A stretch of DNA of 64,000 bases, from positions 2,272,001 through 2,336,000 of the forward strand of contig OY762721.1 in NCBI GenBank assembly GCA_963666345.1. Reading direction: 5' to 3'. The notes under the pieces were generated by a model that saw only the letters and a list, made by a program, of their open reading frames with translations, was not told the DNA's origin and made no database searches. The DNA comes from Desulfatiglandales bacterium. Lineage in GTDB: Bacteria > Desulfobacterota > DSM-4660 > Desulfatiglandales > Desulfatiglandaceae. Every line of letters begins with the position of its first letter. The first letter of the stretch is position 1. Positions 56,040-64,000 of the stretch are shown in pieces. Made by a program: the position numbers and the translations under genes.

Positions 56040-56873
56040 ATGCAGGAACCGGTATTGAGGGAGCGCGATTTCAATAAGTTTAGCCGCTATGTTTACGATA
56101 CGTGTGGGATCAATCTGCATGGAGGTAAAAAACAGTTACTAAAGGCAAGACTTGGCAAAATTCTTCGGCAGAAGGATTTGCGGTCTTTCAGCCAATATTA
56201 CGACCACGTGGTAAATGACAAAAGCGGAAATGAGTTGATATTACTTCTTGATTCCATTTCAACGAACCTAACCTATTTTTTCAGGGAGCCTGCGCATTTT
56301 GAATTTTTAAGAAAAAAGGCCTTGCCTGAAATAATGAAAAGGAAAAATGCGCTAGGAAACAATTGCCTGAGGTTCTGGAGTGCGGGATGTTCTTCAGGAG
56401 AAGAACCATACAGTATCGCCATCACCGTTAACGAAGCACTGGATGATCGGAGAAAGTGGCAGATCAAGGTTTTGGCAACCGATCTGTCAACCAGGGTGCT
56501 GGCAACAGCCGGTTCCGGAGTTTATGAGAAAAAGAAGATCGAAAAGATACCATATGAGTTGAAAAAAGGATATTTCCAGAAAGGTGACAATAAATGGAAG
56601 GGCTATTTCAGAGTAAAAAAGCAGATTAGAGAAAAGATATGTTTCCAGAGGTTGAATTTCAGGGAAAATTTCTGTTTTAAAGAGCCTTTTGATGTCATCT
56701 TTTGTCGAAATGTCATGATCTATTTTGATAGTCAGACAAAAGAGGTATTGGTGGAAAAATTTTTTCGGCATATATCCGAGGGCGGGTATTTATTTATAGG
56801 GCATGCGGAAAGTCTGTCCGGACTGAAACATCCGTTCAAGTATATTCAACCAAGTATTTATCAGAAGATCTGA
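56040..56873 (+). CDS. cheR: chemotaxis protein methyltransferase
   Basis: ISTNLTYFFREPAHF, WSAGCSSGEEPYSIA, ATDLS, FDVIFCRNVMIYFD, GHAES. Confidence 0.97.
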   Translation: MQEPVLRERDFNKFSRYVYDTCGINLHGGKKQLLKARLGKILRQKDLRSFSQYYDHVVNDKSGNELILLLDSISTNLTYFFREPAHFEFLRKKALPEIMKRKNALGNNCLRFWSAGCSSGEEPYSIAITVNEALDDRRKWQIKVLATDLSTRVLATAGSGVYEKKKIEKIPYELKKGYFQKGDNKWKGYFRVKKQIREKICFQRLNFRENFCFKEPFDVIFCRNVMIYFDSQTKEVLVEKFFRHISEGGYLFIGHAESLSGLKHPFKYIQPSIYQKI

Positions 56874-56912
56874 TTGCGACTCTGAACCTGTGAAAAAAAA
56901 GGCAACTTTATT

Positions 56913-59171
56913 ATGGAAATATCGTTAAAGAAAATTACCGAATTTATCGATTCTCTTGCCCTTGACACTGTCATGCTGGATCCGGGAGATATCCCGGGAC
57001 TTGGTGCGGCCCTGAAATCCCTTGAATCCGTAGCGGATTTGGCCGGGGAAATCGGTGAAAAATCCCTGATATCCGTAACGGTCGGGATGAAAGGATACCT
57101 GGAAAGGGTTGTTCTGCGAGAGACTTCGGATTTGTCACCTTTTGAGGCAGGTGTATCTGAACTGCAGAAAATGTGCCGGGATCTGTGCAACGGAAACAAA
57201 CCTGATAAGGATGTTTCTTTACTTCTCAAGAGCCTTGGTTATGAACAAACAAAGGCCCATGCCATCTCTTCGAATCAGGGAAAACGAACGGATAATGAGG
57301 TGGAAGACAATTACGAACTGGCTGATGCAACTGAAAAAAGCGGCACCAGCGGGAAAGAGGAGGGGCTTCCGGCCAAATTAAGTGATGAGGACAAGGAGAT
57401 TATAGCTGATTTTGTGAGCGAGTCCTTAGAAAACCTGGGAACAATTGAAGTCAGATTGATGGATCTTGAACAGGATCCTTCTGATGTCGAGACAATAAAT
57501 GCGATATTTAGGCCTTTTCATACGGTCAAAGGTGTATCCGGCTTCCTCAATTTCAATAAGATCAATAAACTGGCTCATATATCTGAAAATCTTTTGGATA
57601 AGGCAAGAAATGGAGAGCTTTCCATAGATGGGGAAATCGTAGACGTCATACTCGAAAGCGTGGATATGCTGAAGGGCATGATTGAAAATGTCCGGGCGTC
57701 TCTTGATGCCGGAATTCCATTAGAAGGGGATGCGGACATTTCACAGCTTACCACCAGGATTGAGCGCCTTCTTTCAAAGGCCGAAGAGGTTGGAGATAAG
57801 CCATTAGGTGAGATCTTGGTTGAAAAGAAGGCGGTTTCCGAAGCTGATGTTATAGAGGCCCTTGATGCTCAAAAGGAAGAGGACGGCAAGAGAATCGGCG
57901 AGGTATTGATAGCCCGGAAAAAGGTTGAAACCAAAGATGTTCTATCCGCTCTTAGGGAACAGAAAAAAATCAGCCAGCCGGCCACCCTGCATGTCAAAGT
58001 GGATACGAACAAGCTTGATAATATGGTGGACATGGTTGGAGAACTGGCAATCGCCCAGTCAATGCTCAGGCAGAATGGATTAATCGTTTCAAGCAGGGAC
58101 AGAAGTCTGGATCAAACAGTCAATCAGTTGAACCAGCTTGTTAGCGGATTACAGAAAACGGCCATGTCACTCAGGATGGTGCCGATAAAGAACAGTTTTC
58201 AAAAGATGTTACGGCTTGTAAGGGATCTGGCAAAAAAGGCGGGTAAGGAAGTGCGGCTTGTCATGTCAGGTGAAGACACAGAGATAGACAGAAACATGGT
58301 TGAAGAAATATATGATCCGATAGTCCATATGATAAGAAACTCAATAGACCATGGACTTGAGCCGCCTGAGGAAAGGGAGGCCGCCGACAAACCTGGGCAG
58401 GGCGCCATTTATCTAGAGGCATATCACAAGGGTGGCGATATCGTAATAGAAATAGAGGATGACGGGCGGGGTCTGAACAGGAAAAAAATACTGGAAAAGG
58501 CCGTATCCGGCGGTTTGATAATGGAAGACGATAATTTGACCGATGAAGAGATATATAACCTCATATTTCATCCGGGCCTTTCTACTGCGGAAAAGATAAC
58601 CGATATATCAGGCAGGGGTGTGGGCATGGATGTAGTAAAAAGCAGGATTGTTGAAAAACTCAGGGGGCGGGTCGATGTGCAGTCAATTGAAGGAAAAGGT
58701 TCAACGTTTTATATCAGGCTGCCTCTTACCCTGGCGATAATCGACGGGATGATCGTAAAGGTCGGCATCGAGAGATATGTTATTCCCACTTTGGCTATCC
58801 AGGAGTCTTTCAGACCTGAAAAAAAAGACTGCCACACCGTAAAAGGAAAGGGAGAGGTGATCATGTTCAGGGATCATTTAGTCCCCTTAATCAGGCTGAA
58901 TCGGCTATTCGGGCTAAACGGAAGGTCCCGTTCAGATGAAATGGACTGCCCTGCATGGAAGAAATTAGTGGTTGTTGTAGAAAACCGGGGAAAAAGAAGA
59001 TGTCTGCTCATAGATGAATTAATCGGCCAAGACGAGATAGTCATCAAAAGTCTCGGTGGAGAACTTAAACATACAAAAGGGATAGCCGGTGCGGCAATCA
59101 TGGGTGACGGCACTGTAGGACTTATCCTCGATATCTCAGGGGTTTTCAGTATGTTTTCAGAGGAATCATGA
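56913..59171 (+). CDS. cheA: chemotaxis histidine kinase
   Basis: Hpt IFRPFHTVKG; KLDNMVDMVGEL; HMIRNSIDHGLE; DDGRG; GLSTAE..TDISGRGVGMDVV; LPLTLAII; CheW-like P5 domain. Confidence 0.97.
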   Translation: MEISLKKITEFIDSLALDTVMLDPGDIPGLGAALKSLESVADLAGEIGEKSLISVTVGMKGYLERVVLRETSDLSPFEAGVSELQKMCRDLCNGNKPDKDVSLLLKSLGYEQTKAHAISSNQGKRTDNEVEDNYELADATEKSGTSGKEEGLPAKLSDEDKEIIADFVSESLENLGTIEVRLMDLEQDPSDVETINAIFRPFHTVKGVSGFLNFNKINKLAHISENLLDKARNGELSIDGEIVDVILESVDMLKGMIENVRASLDAGIPLEGDADISQLTTRIERLLSKAEEVGDKPLGEILVEKKAVSEADVIEALDAQKEEDGKRIGEVLIARKKVETKDVLSALREQKKISQPATLHVKVDTNKLDNMVDMVGELAIAQSMLRQNGLIVSSRDRSLDQTVNQLNQLVSGLQKTAMSLRMVPIKNSFQKMLRLVRDLAKKAGKEVRLVMSGEDTEIDRNMVEEIYDPIVHMIRNSIDHGLEPPEEREAADKPGQGAIYLEAYHKGGDIVIEIEDDGRGLNRKKILEKAVSGGLIMEDDNLTDEEIYNLIFHPGLSTAEKITDISGRGVGMDVVKSRIVEKLRGRVDVQSIEGKGSTFYIRLPLTLAIIDGMIVKVGIERYVIPTLAIQESFRPEKKDCHTVKGKGEVIMFRDHLVPLIRLNRLFGLNGRSRSDEMDCPAWKKLVVVVENRGKRRCLLIDELIGQDEIVIKSLGGELKHTKGIAGAAIMGDGTVGLILDISGVFSMFSEES

Positions 59172-59650
59172 TAACTCAGGTCGTTGGTGTGGGAGATATG
59201 AAGGTGAGTAATGACCCTGAATCCACCCTGGTTACTTACTCCTTAGGTTCGTGCATCGGTCTTTCCATATATGACCCTGTGGCAAGGGTCGGTGGACTGC
59301 TTCACTACATGCTCCCTGAATCCAGACTGGATGTGCAAAAGGCCAGAAATAACCCTTATATGTTCGGGGATACCGGCATCCCTCTCCTTTTTAAAGAGGC
59401 CTATAAATTTGGAGCAAAAAAGAATCGTGTCAAGATCATTGTGGTGGGCGGGGCTCAAATTCTTGACCAACAGGGCCTCTTTAATATCGGCAAGAGAAAC
59501 CATACAATCCTGAGAAAGATGTTATGGAAAAACAATGCCATGATTGATTTTGAGGATGTCGGTGGTTCGGTCAACAGGACCTTGAAATTAGAGATCAGCT
59601 CCGGTCAGGCATGGTTAAAGGTATCCGGCTCCGGGATGAAAAAGATATGA
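59168..59650 (+). CDS. cheD: chemoreceptor glutamine deamidase
   Basis: VGVGD, LVTYSLGSCIG, GGLLHYMLP, VGGA, IGKRN, EDVGG...RT. Confidence 0.95.
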   Translation: MITQVVGVGDMKVSNDPESTLVTYSLGSCIGLSIYDPVARVGGLLHYMLPESRLDVQKARNNPYMFGDTGIPLLFKEAYKFGAKKNRVKIIVVGGAQILDQQGLFNIGKRNHTILRKMLWKNNAMIDFEDVGGSVNRTLKLEISSGQAWLKVSGSGMKKI

Positions 59651-60501
59651 CAGAAATTGACAGAATAATTGAGCAAATAGACAGTTTAAAGCCGGTTTCC
59701 CGCATTGGCGACAAGATAATGGAGCTCACTTCCGATCCTGAAAGCTCCCTGTCGGAGCTTGTTGATATAATCAAATATGACCAGGGCATGACCGTCAATC
59801 TTTTAAGGATATGTAATTCCGCCTACTTCGGCCTTGCAAAGGAAATAGTGTCAATCAACCAGGCAGTGGCGTTTCTGGGGATAGACAAGGTGGCCTCTTT
59901 CATCATGATGGGCGATAGCTCCGATAACTTCAGGCAGGCCCAGACAGGTTACGACCTTACCGAAGGAGAGCTATGGAGATACTCGGTGTCTTCCGCGCTC
60001 ATGTCTCAGGATCTGGCAGAAAAAAGACACCTGGATAATATCTCCCTCATATTTACCTCCGCTCTTGTAAAAGATATAGGTAAGGTCATCTTGAACACTT
60101 ATGTAAAAGATTCTTTTGAGGCTATCAATGAGGCGGTTCGAAACAAGGGCCTTACTTTTATAGATGCTGAAAAAGAGGTGATAGGCATTGACCACGCAGA
60201 GCTGGGGGCAAGAGTAGCCGAAAAGTGGAACTTTAGCCCTGCCATGGTGAATGTCATCAGAAACCACCACCATCCTGAAAAGGCAGGGTCTGATGATTTG
60301 TCCATCCCTATTGTTTACCTGGCTGATTGCATCTGCATGATGATGGGTAGAGGTGTGGGCTCTGACGGGCTTGCCTACAAGTATTATCAGGATGTTCTGG
60401 ACCGGTTGCATTTCTCTGATATAGATCTTCAGAAGACAATGGCCTGTTTCACTGAAAAGTTTGAGGATATTGAAGAGCTGATAAGTTTATCAGGAGGATA
60501 G
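59647..60501 (+). CDS. HDOD-domain protein
   Basis: DQGMTVNLLRICNSAYFG, SINQAVAFLG, KDIGKVIL (HD degenerate), HAELGA..AEKWNF, IRNHH; ATGA overlap with cheD. Confidence 0.9.
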   Translation: MTEIDRIIEQIDSLKPVSRIGDKIMELTSDPESSLSELVDIIKYDQGMTVNLLRICNSAYFGLAKEIVSINQAVAFLGIDKVASFIMMGDSSDNFRQAQTGYDLTEGELWRYSVSSALMSQDLAEKRHLDNISLIFTSALVKDIGKVILNTYVKDSFEAINEAVRNKGLTFIDAEKEVIGIDHAELGARVAEKWNFSPAMVNVIRNHHHPEKAGSDDLSIPIVYLADCICMMMGRGVGSDGLAYKYYQDVLDRLHFSDIDLQKTMACFTEKFEDIEELISLSGG

Positions 60502-60886
60502 TGGAAAATGGCATTTAATGTCTTGATAGTGGATGACTCTTCCTCAATGAGGGCTGTCATAAAAAAGATAATTAAGGCATCAGGTTTTGGAGTCGGGGAG
60601 TTTCTGACGGCTGCCGATGGTAAAGAGGCGCTCAAAATGCTGGCGGATGAATGGGTGGATCTTGTCTTAACGGATATAAACATGCCCAATATGGACGGTA
60701 TGGAACTGATAGCCGAGATGAAGAAGGATAATCTGCTGAGCGGTATCCCGGTTGTTATGGTTACAACCGAAGGAAGTGATAAAAAGATGCAGGAGGCCCT
60801 GGACATTGGTGCAAGCGGTTATGTAACAAAACCATTCCTGCCGGAGGAAATAAAAAGGACATTAAGCCGCATAATGGGGGAGGAAG

Positions 60887-62406
<1,520 letters not shown>

Positions 62407-62600
62407 ACTGAAAATTGTGTTCAGAGAAAATCTGAAACTCGAAACGTTGACCTAAAAATGCATGCCTTCGGTCAGACACTAATTGATGGATTTATAAAAG
62501 TGCATCAAACGCTTACAGGGGCGATGGAAAACGATCTTTTGCCGTGGAAAAAATTGTGGGGTGAGTTTTTGAGATGTCATAAATAGCCAGGAGCATAAAC

Positions 62601-63386
62601 ATGATAGAAAATCTTAGAAAAGAAATAAGTAGTATAGTTGATGGCAAACTTTCAAGTGATGAGATCGAACGATTGACGGACTATCTCAGGCAGGCAATGT
62701 CCAAATGCATGGAAGAGGATAATGAAGGTTTTTTCAGAAACCTTTCCACTGAAATGTCAGGAGGGGTAAAGGAACTGGCCTTGGTGCTCATTGATTTTAG
62801 AAGGAATTTCAAATCAAAAATTCATCCCAACATAACTGACATAGCGACAAAGTATATCCCTGAGGCCTCTGATCAGTTGGAGGGAATAATTGAGACAACC
62901 GAATCGGCTGCCAATAAAGTCATGGATAATCTGGAAAACATGGAGCGGAATATCGTGGGAATCAAGAAGATGTTTGATTCTCTTAGGAAGGGAGCAGCAG
63001 CCCCTGGTCAGGAAAGAGGCGCCCGTGAAGTCAAAATAGATGGAAAAACCGTAAAAGATATTACCCCGATTATCGAATACATGGATTCAAGCACAAAAGA
63101 ATATATGTCTTTGATATCCGATTCCTTTACCCAGATGAGTTTTCAAGACCTTACCGGCCAGAGGATTAGGCGCATTATAACACTGGTGAGTGAAATAGAG
63201 GAAAAAATTAAGAGCATGGTCATATCATTCGGCATTAAACTTAATGAAAAGGGGAAAAATCCGGATATTTCCCAGGACGAGCTGCAGAGGGTGGTGGATG
63301 AAAAGGTCGAGGAATTATCAGGTCCTCAAAGGCAGGGAGAGGGCCTTGATCAGGCAGGCATAGATGACCTTCTGGCCAGCCTCTGA
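62601..63386 (+). CDS. cheZ: CheZ phosphatase
   Basis: ASDQLEGIIETTESAANKVMD, MSFQDLTGQRI (DxxxQ), C-terminal DQAGIDDLLASL. Confidence 0.9.
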   Translation: MIENLRKEISSIVDGKLSSDEIERLTDYLRQAMSKCMEEDNEGFFRNLSTEMSGGVKELALVLIDFRRNFKSKIHPNITDIATKYIPEASDQLEGIIETTESAANKVMDNLENMERNIVGIKKMFDSLRKGAAAPGQERGAREVKIDGKTVKDITPIIEYMDSSTKEYMSLISDSFTQMSFQDLTGQRIRRIITLVSEIEEKIKSMVISFGIKLNEKGKNPDISQDELQRVVDEKVEELSGPQRQGEGLDQAGIDDLLASL

Positions 63387-63618
63387 AAGACAACGCAAAT
63401 TGCCGTTATCTGTCAAAAAGCGTTGTTATGAAATCTTTATTGCCCGGGATGATGTCGCTTTGTCCCGGCATAAGGCATTTGTAATGTAAGGCCCCAGAAA
63501 TTTGTATCATGGGGTCTGTAAGAAAATGGATCATCTCCCGATTAGATGAAAATAGGACTATCATGAAATATGCCATAATTTCATCGGGAATAAAAACAGG
63601 AGGGGAGGTTGAGATGTT

Positions 63619-63996
63619 ATGGATTTAAATATGGAGGTTCTTGTTGTTGATGATTTTGCAACAATGAGGAGGATTTTAAAAAATATCCTGAGGCAGATCG
63701 GTTTTACCAACATCAGTGAGGCTGATGATGGTAAAGATGCATTAAATATGCTTAAAAAAAAGAAATTTGATTTGATATTGTGTGACTGGAATATGCCGGA
63801 GATGCCCGGTATAGAGTTGTTGAAACGGGTCAGGGCGGATGACGGGCTAAAAGACATAGCCTTTGTAATGGTTACAGCCGAAGCAAAGAAAGAAAATATT
63901 TTAGCGGCAGTACAGGAAGGTGTGAGTAATTACGTGGTAAAACCTTTTACAGCGGAAACCATAAGCGAAAAATTGGAGAAGGTTTTCGGCAGTTGA
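63619..63996 (+). CDS. cheY: chemotaxis response regulator
   Basis: VLVVDDFATMRRILKNIL, CDWNMPEM, MVTAEA, YVVKPFTAET. Confidence 0.96.
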   Translation: MDLNMEVLVVDDFATMRRILKNILRQIGFTNISEADDGKDALNMLKKKKFDLILCDWNMPEMPGIELLKRVRADDGLKDIAFVMVTAEAKKENILAAVQEGVSNYVVKPFTAETISEKLEKVFGS

Positions 63997-64000
63997 TATA

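Overview
Bacterial chromosomal window, probably from a Desulfobacterota (deltaproteobacterial) genome; this is inferred from gene families and gene order, not from a search. 1-14.7 kb: housekeeping and envelope genes (prs 5' end, tRNA-Gln, ispE, serA, a FadL-type and a second porin, mce, infA, mobA, a CNNM/CBS protein, a putative nucleotidyltransferase, rapZ). 14.7-25.2 kb: surface-glycan cluster with glycosyltransferases, wecB and six SAM methyltransferases. 25-29 kb: YgiQ-type radical SAM, an RsmG-SpoU fusion and an RluA-family gene. 29.4-64 kb: flagellar, chemotaxis and c-di-GMP region (flgM, a likely flagellin-glycosylation operon, fliC, a giant fliD, fliS, flaG, HD-GYP, GGDEF, MCP, a broken cheW, and a PilZ-cheR-cheA-cheD-HDOD-cheY-cheX-cheB operon followed by cheZ-cheY), with several sigma54 and sigma28 promoter motifs. 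The most unusual signal is non-coding. Several families of miniature repeat elements sit in the intergenic DNA. Two consist of inverted octamer-repeat arms enclosing the decayed first ~30 codons of what looks like a four-helix-bundle (23S-IVP/bAvd-like) gene. An identical 53-bp element carrying GCGAAGC mini-hairpins is inserted into octamer arms at two loci, flanked by a GAA duplication. A second notable system is a sigma54-driven trio next to fliC: TPR-pyruvyltransferase, FrhB-like oxidoreductase and TPR-GT2. All functional calls come from reading motifs by eye; no searches were run.
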